Positions 11,651 to 24,400 of a DNA stretch of 64,000 bases are shown piece by piece. Source of the stretch: Glaucostegus cemiculus. Taxonomy: Eukaryota. The first letter of the stretch is position 1; the number at the start of each line of letters is the position of its first letter. The stretch is from NCBI GenBank assembly GCA_976551045.1, contig CDPCPM010000239.1, forward strand, positions 5,394,001-5,458,000, given 5' to 3'. The translations under genes were made by a program, and so were the position numbers. The notes under the pieces were generated by a model. That model saw only the letters and a program-made list of their open reading frames with translations, made no database searches and had not been told where the DNA came from.

Positions 11651-13009
11651 TGTCGCATTCATCCAACCACTATAACAGTGGAAAATGACTGATACATTTG
11701 CAAACATAGTTCCCACTGAAAGCTTTAGGATTCTTTCCAAGAGCTATTTTAGAAAACACCCTTTTCCCTCTGCCACCCCACCCTTCTGTCAAACATCCAT
11801 TCATTAGACTTTTTGGGCTTGTCCTGGAAAAGGTCAAGATTTGCTGACAATTCAGTCCAATGATTAATTCTAAAACTGGTGACAAGCAGGTTCTATTCTT
11901 CCATTCCTGTTTTATTGAATTGTGAAGAAGGGATATAGACGAATTTTGAATCGCTCGGTGTGACTTATTTTAAGCAAGTGTTAGAATTTTTATAGAACAT
12001 GACAATGATAAATATTCAGTGCTGACATTTATGGAAATTCAAATCCTGACATCTACTTTTTGGTCAGATTCTTAATTTATTCCTCTTGATGTATTGCTCT
12101 AGGAGTCTAACCATATTTAAACAGATAGGCAATGAAGGTTAGCCTTCCTATTGCTCATTTCTCAAAACCTATGATGAAAGAAGAGGACAAATAAGATTAT
12201 TTATTGTCATCTGTATTCTTTTTCAGCCTTTGCCCATCTTTCTGACATTAAAATGATATGTGGAATGATGCATCTCTGGAGGCAACCATTTAGCTTTTTC
12301 GAGTTTATACGAGTATCATATTCTAAATAATTCTAGGTGTTAACAATTCAGCTGTAGAGGATGGATTGACAAAATATTTAAATGGTATTGAATGTATCTC
12401 AAGGACAGAAAATATATAAAATGGATGGGCTGTAAGTTCTTCACTGTACATTGAGGAGGTGCTGCATGAGGAATGTGCCCAAAGCATTATGGAACAACAT
12501 GTGCACATCAAAGACCTTTCTTCTATGATCTCCTAGAACTGAGGGAAATTTACATCATGTAGAATTGCCAACAGATTGGCAAGAGAGATGATCAATGGGG
12601 AACACTAGGGGTGGTTATTGGACTGTAGGGTGGATGAGGAGAGTGGGATACAATTTAATGGGTGGGTGGGAGGATTTGGTGAGAATACCAGTTGGTGAGA
12701 AGATAATGGGATGGGGATAGTGGAGGTGGAATTGTTGAGATGATGATCACAAATTAGGAGAGGATATTACAGCCAGTGGTATGAGAGTAGAGTACAAATA
12801 TCCAGGGATATTTAGGCAGAAGTGTGTGTTGGGAGAAGTCAGGGAGGGAAGTAAGAAAGTTTAATGTGTACTGGGGAGAGGAGTCATGAGACTTCAGTAC
12901 AGAACGTGTAGGGAGCTTATAACAATGTACAAGAAGATGAAAAAGAAACAGCTTAAGGAAGATAAATGCCTCTCAGCAGCCACACAGGTATAAAATGAAG
13001 GACTAAGTT

Positions 13010-13400
13010 CAGTCTTCCAGTTCTAAGATTGTGCTCTTCATGATGCTTATACAAGTACACACAAGGAGAAATGTTGATCCTCTACCCTGGCCATCCCTAA
13101 CAATGAGGCCCTAATTGCACTAAACCAGCTCACCTGCATGATTGACACTCAAAACAGGCACTTAAATCCAATTTCTGTCACAAGAGATCACAAGGAGGAC
13201 AATAAAATAGCCTGAAAGATATTCTAAAAGCCCCAATAAAATAGATGTGTGGGTAACCGAGACCAGTCAAAATGGAGTTGCAGTAGCTGGGAAGGCACAG
13301 AGCACCTCAAGTATTTTTGACAGCAGCACGTGGATGCTGAGTAAAAACATGGAAGGAGTACATCACCTCTATATCACCCATGCATCACCCGTCCTGCCAA
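13010..13400 (+). mobile_element. RTE LINE C-terminal remnant
   Basis: agatcacaaggaggacaataaaatagcctgaaagatattctaaaagcc = RSQGGQ*NSLKDILKA, resembling RTE RSxGGQKKR(Y/F)KDTLKA. Confidence 0.55.
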
Positions 13401-13612
13401 CACACAAAGGCACTGGAGGAACTTAGTGGGTCAGGCAGCATCTATGGAGGAAATGGACAGATGACGTTTTGGGCTGAGACCCTTCATCTGGCCTGTCCAT
13501 TGCCTTTGTGTGGTCCATTTCCCTCCACAGATGCTGCCTGACCCACTAAGTTTCTCCATTGCCTTTGCGTGTTGCTCCATTTCCAACATCTGTCATCTCT
13601 TGTGTCTCCATC
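13400..13612. mobile_element. Penelope pLTR-derived palindromic element with decayed hammerhead core
   Basis: Arms ggaggaacttagtgggtcaggcagcatctatggagg / ctccacagatgctgcctgacccactaagtttctcc; minus-strand core cagatgaagggtctcagcccaaaacgtc. Confidence 0.8.
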
Positions 13613-13759
13613 TGTCCTGTTAAATACCTCCTGTCCCTAACTACAGTGGCACATCAAGCAAATCTAATCAATATAGATGCTAAAATAAGTGGACCTCACC
13701 AAAAGCATGAGGCACTTGGTACAGGGCACCATCAGATTATCACAATGGTGAAATAAATC

Positions 13760-14300
13760 CAGCAGTCATCCTGATTGATGGAAGCTTGGGTTTTAGCAGC
13801 CAACAAAAACTTGGGGGAAATTATACTGTAGATGATGTCAATGTCAGTGTGGGAGGATGCAGAATGTGGGGAAATTGTCCTCTGTAATGTGTTACATGCA
13901 TTGAACTTACTTAAAATGTGATCAGTGAATAGAATTGGAAGCTTATTGTGCATGGAAATTTGATTTTGGTCATTCATATCTTATACAGTGCCTCGGAGTC
14001 AATGGTGACTTGTTTCCATTCCAGTTCTGAGGTGGTTGATAAGACCTACAGGAGATCCATGGGCTCTGACACAGGTGATCATTTCAGACTCATGAAACCT
14101 GTTTTGTCATTCAGTTTGATCAAGGTTGATCTGTGTCTTCACCCCATCCTCTGGGGTGCGCTTTTATTTTCACTGGGAATCTGGTAGTTTGGATCAATCG
14201 AACATACAGATCTCCCCCAAATCGTTTCTCACTGATTTCAGTGGACTAAAACTCACACTGATGTTCAATCCCTTCCATCATTTTCCTGCAGTAATACTGA
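13760..14300 (-). mobile_element. RTE LINE RT remnant
   Basis: Minus frame RFHESEMITCVRAHGSPVGLINHLRTGM resembles RTE FHDGMxARV..NG....F....GVKQG. Confidence 0.4.
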
Positions 14301-15434
14301 AAATAAAAGAAAAATCCATTCTGTATCTTGTAATATCTGTTACGGGAAAATAGGTGGGGGAATGGCATTGATTGGATTGCTCTGACAGCTGGCAGAGACT
14401 AAAGGACTGAATGGCCTCCTTCTACATCATATGAAAACTTTTTAAAAAAATGAAAATATAAATATGAAAAGATATGAAATAATAAATACGGCATTGCAGA
14501 CTTGACAAGGAAAGGTCCAGAATGTTTCATCGTTGAAGATCAACTTGTCCCAGTATTTCTGCAATTTAGTTTCATCTATTAAAAGATGTGCCTACATCAA
14601 ATTGGATCCATGGGATTTTTAAAATCACAAATTTAACAGGAAACTATATCTTCACAAGCCTCAAGTGACATTTGATAGTTGTTTTTCAAGTGAACACCAG
14701 AACTGTGCCTCAAAATGCAATTGCATAATGTTGCCTTTTTCAGCATTATCCACAGAAAACTGATATTTTTTTTAATCCCAGTGAAATGGTAACTGACTCT
14801 TTCCTCACCTCTTATCTCCATCCAACCCTTGCAACCCCTAATCCCCTGAGTCACAAATGCCAAGCTCCCTATCTGCTGTGCTTCCACCAAAAGATCACTG
14901 CAGGCTCCTAATATTGCATTCCTCTCCCACCAATTTATTTGTTAGTGACGAGCTCCCTGGATCGAACACTGAACCCTGCTGTTTCCCAACCCTTAACAAC
15001 CCATCAGTTCCTGGTATTGATGCTGGAACCCCCTGCCCACCCAACAGACCAAAGCCCTGATGCCCTGTGTCCTGTCCTCCTCGTCATAGCACAGGCCCAG
15101 TCAGGTTTGTTGCTGGCAGCCCTCTCTAGCTCCTCAAACCCTGCCTTGGAATGGAGTAGCAGGCAATACATTTTCAAACTCCGAAAGGTGCAACAGCACC
15201 TTTGTGCCCAAAGCAACTGAAGTTTGGAGTGGAGGTCCAATGACTGAAATTGTTATTGGTCTCCCAATCGTTTATCCATCCAGCAGGCACTGATGGGGTG
15301 CACTTGAATTTCTTGGCTCATATTTTTACACCTGGTCCTTATTTTTGAACTGGAGATGACTGACCTCCATCCCAGATTTAATGACAAGCTCTTGTAAACA
15401 TTGTGCAGATAGCATGGTGATCAGGTGTCAGCAA

Positions 15435-15800
15435 TGGTTTATCAGAACCACGCTTACCTTTGAGGCAGGAGGTTGGTCCTATTCCAAGCAAAATAACCCA
15501 ACCTGAAAACCCAATGTACTACCAAGAGAGTGCTGCACTGACATTGCTATCTTTAAGATGAAACTCACTGGATGATATAAGATTTCCAACGTTGTTTGCA
15601 AGAGAAGCAGTAGGCAATATTTAGCCCTTAAATAATATCAGTAAAATGAATTATTTGGTAATTCTCATGTTACTCTTTGTGGAACCTTGCTTTATGCTGT
15701 ATTTCACACATTACAGCAGTAACTGCACTTCAAAAACTACTTCATTGGCTGAAATGCCTCTTGCTACATCCTGAGCTCCTTATGAAGCTGTGTCATTATA
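15435..15800 (+). mobile_element. Deu-domain SINE (SacSINE1/AmnSINE1-like)
   Basis: gagagtgctgcactg.., tttgtggaaccttgct.., cacattacagcagtaactgcacttcaaaaactacttcattggctg..catcctgag resemble the Deu domain and tail. Confidence 0.7.
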
Positions 15801-16149
15801 CTAGCCGAGAACATGTTTGGGATCACTCAAGCATATTCTAGTCAGGACATCAGATGACTACCAGGAGACAAGAGAAAGAATTTTCATGTACTAAATCTAA
15901 AATGCATTGAAACTCAGACAAGAAGTGAAAAGATTATATTCCAGTTATTTCAAAATCGAACTCCAGATTATAGCCTTTAAGAAATAAGAAATAAAAGGTT
16001 GTCAATGTTTAACAAAACAATTGGGATTTACAGGAAGAAGTAATTGACATGGAATGCAAGTCAATAGCATTTTATGAGTGCAGATCACAGAATGGCTCCA
16101 AGACCCAAGGCAGGGAATTCACCTCTCAGCCAGGTTACAGATCAAGTTT

Positions 16150-16350
16150 GCTGAAGTACTGCATCCGATCAATTATGACATAAAGCAAGTTAGACAGTGA
16201 CTTAAAACGGGCTGGAGTGTATTGATTTGAATAATTCGAGATTTACTTATTTGCCACCATCATTAGCTGCACTGAGTCAATACTCCAGTGAGTCGCCCAC
16301 GTCAGTCAAAAGGTATCTGAATCTATTTAAACTGAAGCCATAAATTTCTG
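16150..16350. promoter_or_regulatory. Putative conserved non-coding element
   Basis: TE-free and CpG-retaining (ccgatcaattatgac, aacggg, ttcgag, gtcgcccacgtca), with homeobox-like and CRE-like motifs. Confidence 0.35.
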
Positions 16351-17625
16351 CAGAAAAAAAAATTGTTTGACAGATTCTTGACAGAGAAGGGAATAGAGGG
16401 ATAAAAGCAAAACTCCAGATGAGGATATCTTGATCCACAGTTGGGAATAAAACAATTTAGTATTGCACGAACATAGACAGCATATGAATGTTTGTCTGCA
16501 TCATTAATCGAGCTGTCTGGATAAAAATGGAAAAGGCAGGATGAGCTGAATGGCCTTTTCTCATAATCTTGTGTTCTAACAGCTCATTACATTCTGTGAC
16601 TGTCTGTTATCTGTCTCTTAATCCACCTGAGTGACAACCCACTAATGCTGGATTTGGCTACTTAAATAAACCTCGTGTAACATTGTGGAATTTGTCAAAA
16701 TGTAAATGTTCAGCATGAGGACACGTAACACATCACCCTGGATGTAGAGTCTCAAAAAAATGTGCCATTTTGACAGATGACAGCATTGGCACAGGAAAAT
16801 AACATGAAATAATAATGTACAAGATATAGAATGACTGGACTTCAAAATCTCCAATGCATATTTTGTTTTAAATTATTTCCCATTCATATTCTATTATTCC
16901 CACTTCAAGACTGTAGGTTGGGAGACTCTCCAAAAAATCTTCATTAAACATCAATTGATTTTTCTTTTGATTTTCCTTTGCACTGCCCTCTCATTGGCTG
17001 AAAGCATTTCCCAGATGCCTAGGCTGGGATATATATAGCACTTAAACAAGCCATTCCAACTTCCACCCCATTAGCATACACTCAGACCATTCACCCCCCT
17101 GTAAATCCAAGTGTAAGCTAATCACCTGATATGTGGTAGTACATTGCACATTGTATGCACTCTGCACATTGTTTGCGCTCTCTGGACAGAAAAGGGAGCT
17201 CATTTTGTTTGGAATTCTGTCCACAACAATAAAATAAGAAATAATTTGGAACATTTCTGCTGTACCTGTAAAATTAATTATTTTGCAGTTGCTTCAGGAT
17301 AGAGAGGAAAGAACATATGTCTGGAAAATAATCCCCAGTTAGCAGCTGTAATTGTATTATATGGTCACATCAGCATGCCATACTGTGTCTTCAAAATTCA
17401 TACCATTAACTTGACTGGAATGAACTTCAGAGGCAGAATTATGATATATTAATATTGAAGTTGTTTCTACCTTATTTCTGGAGGGCAGTAGTTCTATCAG
17501 ATTCCACAGATGGCAAGACAGAAATATGGCAAAATGGAATGTTCTCTGGAAAGTCGGACTGGATTTGATGAGCAAATGTCAGTACTTAGGTGAGTAACTG
17601 AAAGAAACCAAGGCTTCTACATGAT

Positions 17626-18005
17626 CAATAGGCTGAACAATAGCTTCTTTCCGCAAGCCATCAGAACTGCAAACTCTCTCATCCCTCCATCTTCCTTTGT
17701 TAACACTAAGAGATGCTAGGTGCACAGAAATGCACCAGCACTTTAAATGCCCGACACCAGCCCGTTCACTTTAATAACTATTTATTTATTTACCGGCCAT
17801 TTTTAATTTAATCTGCGTACTAATTTAATTTTAACTTCCACAGTTTTTAATGTTTAATGTTTTTTAATGTTTATTCTGTCAAGTGTGTCTGTGTGTCTCT
17901 GTTGGTTGTTATTTTATGGGACGAGCACCTGAGGAGGACGGTATCTTGCTCCTATGCATACTATGTATGTATATGGTTGTGACAATAAAACTGATTCTGA
18001 TTCTG
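17626..18005 (+). mobile_element. Rex1/Babar LINE, 5'-truncated 3' end with TSD
   Basis: Encodes NRLNNSFFPQAIRTANSL (Rex1-type C-terminal SFFPQAIR), has AATAAA and a (CTGATT)n tail, and is flanked by atgat at 17621-17625 and 18006-18010. Confidence 0.8.
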
Positions 18006-19004
18006 ATGATTGCAGAAGTCTAAGTTACAATGAGTGATGTGCTGCTGCACCTTGATGCTGGACCTCTTACAGGGAGCTGTGTGGGCACACAGAGTGACAA
18101 TAAATAGTGAGTAACCTGCATGAACACCCTCTGTCAGATTGGATCTACTTCAGAACTGCCTCTCTAATTTCATTGTAGGGGAATGACAATGAATGACGAT
18201 ATACTAATTAACTTAATTATTTGAGTGATTTTGAACATGAATAAAAGTTTTATGTATTTTAAGATTTTAATTGCTCTGGTTAATGATTTTTTATTATCTA
18301 AATGTTTTCTTGCATCAGAAATATTCAAAGAACTGGCTTGCAGAAGGTACCACTTGGCTAGCTATTGGTTTATTCAGCTTTTCTATGAATGGGACTTGGT
18401 CTGCCTCCCACTCCCAACAGTAACCCCATTCACTCACCTCCCACAAGAGATTCAACAAGCTCAACACTTTAATAGATGTTTGGATGACACCAGCAATGTG
18501 TGATCTTTATTCTTAAATTGGAGGCAGCTGGGGCCAGCTTCTCATTGATCTCTGAAGTGGTTCAGGTATGAAGCAATCTGACAAAGCTTGTTTGGGTATC
18601 ACATTTCAATAAAATATTGCAGGTTTGCAACATAGGTCTATCAAAACCTGCTCAAGTGGAAAATGTATTTCAATTATTGGGTCAAAATTCTTGGAACTTC
18701 TTACTGATAGTATCACCAGAGTAATCTTCACCAAATAAACTGCAATGGTTTAAGTCACAGATATATTTGGGAATCAAGGGATATGCAGTCAGTGCAGGAA
18801 AAGGCACTGAGGTAAAAGATCAGTCATGACGTTATTGAATGATAGAGCAGGCACAATGGGCTGAATAACTTCTTCCTGCTTTTTAGGTTCACCTTCCCAA
18901 ATGTGGTTAAGGAATCCCCAATATCATGAATAAATAATAAAACCATACATATTCAGGAAGAAAATTAAGGTGAAAAATAACCACTTAGAAAAACCCTTTT
19001 CCAG

Positions 19005-19077
19005 TGGGTGTAATTGGGCAGCATGGGGTCGTTGGGCCAAAATGGCCTGTTACTGTGCTGTGTAAGTAAAGTTTTAA
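19005..19077 (+). mobile_element. 5'-truncated V-SINE tail
   Basis: gttgggccaaaatggcctgttactgtgctgtgtaagtaaagttttaa matches the 3' end of the young SINE family. Confidence 0.75.
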
Positions 19078-19311
19078 GGGCGGCACCATAGCGCAGCGGT
19101 TAGCGTGATGCTATTACAGCGTCAGCAATCAGGGTTCAATTCCCGTCGCTGTCTGTAAGGAGTTTGTACATTCTCCCCGTGTCTGTGTGGGTTTCCTCCG
19201 GGTGCTCCAGTTTCCTCCCACATTCCAAAGACTTATGGGTTGGTTAACATAGGTTCAAATGGGAGGCGCGGACTCACAGTGGCAGAAAGACCTGTTACCA
19301 TGCTATAAAAA
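19078..19311 (+). mobile_element. Full-length young tRNA-derived V-SINE
   Basis: A box tagcgcagcgg, B box ggttcaattcc, V-domain tgggtttcctccgggtgctccagtttcctcccaca; flanked by the direct repeat taaagttttaa. Confidence 0.92.
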
Positions 19312-20144
19312 TAAAGTTTTAAAAGCTTTGACAGAAGATGACTAAGTCAACCTTACAAAAATCATAGCAGAAGCACTGAATGAGATGGTTGTTGATATGA
19401 CATTCGTTGCCAGATGGAGAAGGCTACCACAGGAAATAACCCTTTGCAAGATCCCACTTCAAACTACAGTGTCTCATATCATTAGCCATCATCAGTGAAA
19501 AATATCCACAATTGTGGCCATTTAACTAATATTTTTGCAATGCTTCTGAATGAATAATGATATGTTATTAATAAGCTTCAGTGCAGTTAGCATGTCTCCC
19601 TCAGCAACAGCTGTCCAAAAGTGTGTGAACAGATTGCCGAAGAACATTAATGGAACCAGGGATGTTAGGCTTGTAAATCTGTGTACTCTGGTGGGAGACC
19701 ATCCGAATTCTAGGATTACCACAGACACCCGTTGTTGATGGACTTCTGCCAGGTCCTGGAGCTTCCGTTATAAGGGAAAAAGTGTAATCTTTTTGTAAGC
19801 CCAGGGTTTACAGAGCAGGTGTCACTGTGGGCAGAGCCAGAGGCACATATTTCCTTTGCCAGGTTGTTCAGCTAACCCGATTCAAGTGAATGCACTATAG
19901 CTCTGAAGGGTAGTATCCCCAATAGATAATGGTCTCCAGACGATCAAGGTGCTCCCTGCCAACACAAGGCAGGAGATTAACAAGCATGGCTCAGCTCTTT
20001 GTACAGAAGCAGTGTATGTGCTGGAGATGGGGGCTTCTGAGATCCTCTTAAATGGTTGGCAGCCAATGGGCTTTCCAACTACAAAGAACAGACAGTGGTG
20101 TTGTGTGTTTCTGACTTCTTGCTCCATGCTTCTGATCTAATTTG

Positions 20145-20850
20145 CTCACAGAATGTGGGCATCACTGGCAACTCCCCCGCTTATTACTCATGAACTGAGC
20201 AGGCAGTTAAGAGGCAACTGCACTGGTACGTGTGCAGTCACAGGTACTTAGGAAACAGGAGCAGGAATAGGTTACTTGAATCCTCGAGTGTGCTGTGCCA
20301 TTCAGAAAGATCATGGCTGGTCTAATCTTGGCCTCGAAACCACTTTCCTGTGCTCTCCCCAATACTTTCTTGACGCCTTGTAGTTTAAATGTCTATTACA
20401 CTCTGACTTGAATATATTCAATTCCTCTGGCTCCATAGCTCTCTGGGGTAGAGAAATGCAAAGGTTCATGTTCTACAAAAAGTAACTCTTTCCTATTTCT
20501 CTCTGAGGTTGGCAATCTTTTCATCTAAATCTATGCCCCTTGCTTCTAGATACCCCACGAGGGGAAACATCTTCCAAGCATCCACCAAATGACTCCATCA
20601 GAGTCAATAAGGTCACCTTCCGATTGATCTATAGGACTGACTGGGTCAGATCAGCGGATTTTGGCATGACAATCAAACACATTCATGGTTACTTTTGCTC
20701 AGTCTAGTTTGTTCAATATTCCAGATTAATAATTTAATAACTTGAATTTTAAATTTGTCGGCTATGATGGGGAGATTTAATCTTATGTCTCTGAATCACT
20801 GGCCCAGAACTCTGCCTGCCAGTCCAGTAATTTAACCACAGTGTTACTGT
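20145..20850 (-). mobile_element. Old tRNA-derived SINE interrupted by a CR1 3' fragment at about 20245-20625
   Basis: Tail gaatgtgggcatcactggc..ggcagttaagag and head ..ccagtaatttaaccacagtg surround the insert ggaaacaggagcaggaataggtt..agatcatggctg..ctctggggtagagaa..ctatgcccc. Confidence 0.55.
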
Positions 20851-21089
20851 CTAATCCTGCACAGATCACCAGGCTTTTTGCTACAAGGGTCCAGTGAAAT
20901 TCAGGACCACTAATACATTGCTACTGTTTAATAAGTTTACATTTAAACAGATATAATTTCCTCTGAAAGATTGCACTGCAAGAAAATAAATAAAGCATAA
21001 AATTACAGAAACAATAGATCAGATAGTTCAGATTAGATTAGATCAGAGCTCTGGATTATCAAATTTAACTAAATAGTAGTCATGTTGGT

Positions 21090-21360
21090 AGTCACTTCAA
21101 AGGTCCTTTTCAGTGGATGAGAAATCATCTACTGCATGGAAAGTGATGGTGATAAAAGCTATTAATTTTGCTGTAGAAGATGCATTTCGAAACCGGACAC
21201 AATCTGCATTTGACAATGGCAGCCACGGCCTTAGATTGCAATTGTCAATTACATGCTATCACATTTTGACAAGGCATTTCCTCTCTTCTTGTTCATCCAA
21301 CAAAGTCACAGCTCTTCACATTGACAGGTACAATGGAAAAATTATGAGTTGACTTCAGCA
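21090..21360. promoter_or_regulatory. Putative conserved non-coding element
   Basis: TE-free; several TGACA/TGTCA sites, caattgtcaattac, gacaatgg and retained CpGs. Confidence 0.45.
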
Positions 21361-21825
21361 AGATCCTGAACTGTGCATGACCTGTCCCTGAGCAAGGAGC
21401 AGAGAGACTTCTCACATAATTTGCCTCATGTTGCAGTCACAGACTCAGGTATTGCAGGAGAGCCACATTATGGCCCTGAGAGCCTTTCTGCCTGCTGTTC
21501 CTGCTATGACCATTGACTGGGTAAAGCAAGGCACTGCTGGAATTCAGCAGGAATGCTGTCAAATTCATTATTGAGCAACAGATGAAAAAGGTGTCTTGCA
21601 GATCCCAAGAATAGACTTGATTCTGTCAAAATGTTCCGCACCAGGCCAATACGTGATAACCAGTATGCTCTCATCTTGATCAATTTACAATTATTTAAGG
21701 TTATTGCTCTTTTCAGGTTTTAAATGATCCATGCTAAAATAAAGACCGCAGCATCGCGCAGTTAACAACTGGAATGATCAAACCCAACAGATTGGAAATT
21801 AAGGAGCAACACACACAAAATGCTG

Positions 21826-21885
21826 GAGGAACTCAGCAGGTCAGCCATTATCTATGGAGAGAAATAAACAGTCAACATTTTGGGA
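21826..21885 (+). mobile_element. Single arm of Penelope-derived element
   Basis: caacacacacaaaatgctggaggaactcagcaggtcag..tctatggagagaaataaacagtcaacattttggg. Confidence 0.7.
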
Positions 21886-22929
21886 TTTATATTCAAGAGC
21901 AAAATCAAATTTCCAGGATTTCTATCATAGAAACTTTCCATTCCAGATAACTCAAATAATGTGACTGAATCTGCAAGTTTTTAGTCCCAATGTGCCAGAA
22001 ATGTTGATGCTTCTTTGTTTGATCAGCCTCAATGTTGAATCTACAGTGAAGTTTCAAATTTGTAAATTGGTACATAAACAAGGTAGTGAATTATGAATGT
22101 AATCAAATTATCCAATTAACATTAATACCCTACAACAATTTGACCGTGAGCAAATAATAAAATCCTTACACACTCAAGAGCTGGAAAGCAGGCTGAATGC
22201 TGAATGGGCAGCCAATCCACATATCCCACTAATGAGGCAATAATTACCCCATCCAGAAGAGCTTTACGGATTTCAATAAAAATGTTCGAACCACTCCTCA
22301 GTCAGATTGTGGTTGAGTAATTCTACTTCAACCCTGGCACAAAATCAATGGCATCAGATTTGCTGCATGTTGTACAATAAGTATCAGGTCCTCTGCATAA
22401 CAGGTAATAACTCTGAAATTACCTGTTTGATCTCTGTACCTGAGGTAAATCTTTGACCCCTGTTCTCTTTATGTATTTCATGTCATGCCTTAATTAGAAA
22501 ACTAGGCTTTACTCCAAAGCCCAGGTGAAGGACCATGATGTGGGGAAGTACCAACATTGAAAGATATCATTGTTGAAGAGAAACTAGGTGTAGACATTGG
22601 AAGACATGTCGGATGGAATATTAACTCTGTCCAATAGAATGAGTTTGTGCTTCGGGTTAGTATTAGATGATTTGACTTATCACAGCAAGGCTATAGGAAA
22701 AAAGAGCAATTTAATGATATGCTCGTAACATGGAGACTGGAAAGCAAAATGTTGGAGCAGTAATGACCACTACAATATCAATAAAATGACATGAAGAGTA
22801 AACCAATGTCATTGTCAGCAGAATAAATGCAGACGCTAAATCATATCCAAGGTAAAAGATCAGTCTTAATCTTACTGAAAAATGGAACAGGCAGGAGGGG
22901 CTGCATGGTCAACTACTCCTATTTTTTAT

Positions 22930-23750
22930 GCAAGCAATTACGTTCATTGTTATCATCTGGCAATTCTCAGCAATAGGGCGATTACACAGACAATTCTTAT
23001 AAGAACTGGTTGCTCCATTACAGTAAATAAACAAAGTGCTGGTGTAGAGGAGTAGGACAATGACTGCAAATGGACACCACAGAACAACTTGATACATCAC
23101 TAATAACTCATGACAGCAGGATGCCTTCAGCTGAGGCATACAGCTCCTTTCCCTCAAATAGCTCAGCCTTTCTTCTGATCCATTTCAACAACCTGATCAC
23201 TATTTCTGCTTACGTTACCATAGTTACTCCGGCTGTCAAGAGTTAATGGTCATAAATACATTAACAAAGGTCAGAGATTCTGAACATTTGTTGCAAACTG
23301 GTAGCTGTCTACACGTGCTGATCATTGTAAAGAGCCTTCAATTACTTGAACCAAAGGCCAATCTTTGTATGTTAACAATGGCTGTGGGGATCAACAGTCT
23401 ACTTGACCAGAAGGCACTACAGAAGAGCTCAATTCTGCGCTTATCAGAAATCCACGACCCTTCATTTTCAACTGCAAATATCTGATCCCCAATCAATAGA
23501 AGAATGCTAAGTTTCACATCTTTCACCCTCGGATACTGAGGCCAATGATCATGGCTTGAAACGAATCTCTCGGCTGAGACCAAACAGACTTTGTTGCACA
23601 AAACTTGGGACTTTTCTATCCTTTGTATGTGATGTCTAGCAGTGAACCTATCCACCAAATACGTCCCGAGGAAGGTTTTGTTTGTGCATAATTTCAAACC
23701 GAATCACACAGCAGTTTGCAAAAATCGAGTAAAATCGTGTACCTATTACT
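22930..23750. promoter_or_regulatory. Putative conserved non-coding block
   Basis: About 800 bp with no recognisable repeat, many CpGs, an X-box-like gttaccatagttac (23214), E-box cacgtg and cattgt SOX-like sites. Confidence 0.4.
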
Positions 23751-23859
23751 GAATGATACTTAATTGAAGTTAACTGTTGGAGGACAGAATTTGAGAAATG
23801 TGGATGTTGTGGGGTGGGGGTGAGGGCTGCGGAGGGAAGGGCGGGAGACTGCTGGGAAA

Positions 23860-24400
23860 GTGGACAGTTAGCACTGAAGGAGATTCCAGAGGTTTGGAGC
23901 TGTGGATGGAATTGAAAACGAAGAGGATAATTTTAAGATCAAGATGTTGCCTAACCAGAAGCCATTGTAGGTGAGCAAACACAGGGGTGATGGGTAATTG
24001 GGAAGCTGGCAGTTAGGGCACAGGCAGTGGATGGCCCTGTTTACAAAAGATAGATGCAGTGAGGTTAGCCAGAGCAAATCAGAATTTTCAATCATAGAGG
24101 TAACAAAGATGGATGAGGGTTAAAGGATTTGATGAGCTGAGGCAGGCAGACTCAGATGATGTTCCAGAGATGGAATTGTGCAGAAATGGAAAGATGGTGT
24201 GGCTTTGTGTTTTGAAGTATATCCCCAGCTTCAAAGATGACAGCAAGTTTGAGAGCAGTCACAGACAGTTGCCATGGAGAGGGCTGGGTTGCAATGGGGA
24301 TTGAAGGCAATGGCTTTGATTTTCCCATTACACTGTTCACCAGAATTTCTGCTCATCTATCAGTGGATGCCAACGTAATCTGACCACAGGTAACCACATG
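23860..24400 (-). mobile_element. L2 LINE C-terminal remnant
   Basis: Minus frame PITPVFAHLQWLLVRQHLDLKIILFVFNSIHS resembles L2 HITPVLxxLHWLPVxxRIxFKILLLVFKALHG. Confidence 0.75.

Noticed and set aside
23338-23697. 119-aa minus ORF
   Set aside because: No splice sites or recognisable protein; treated as a chance frame in a CNE-like block.
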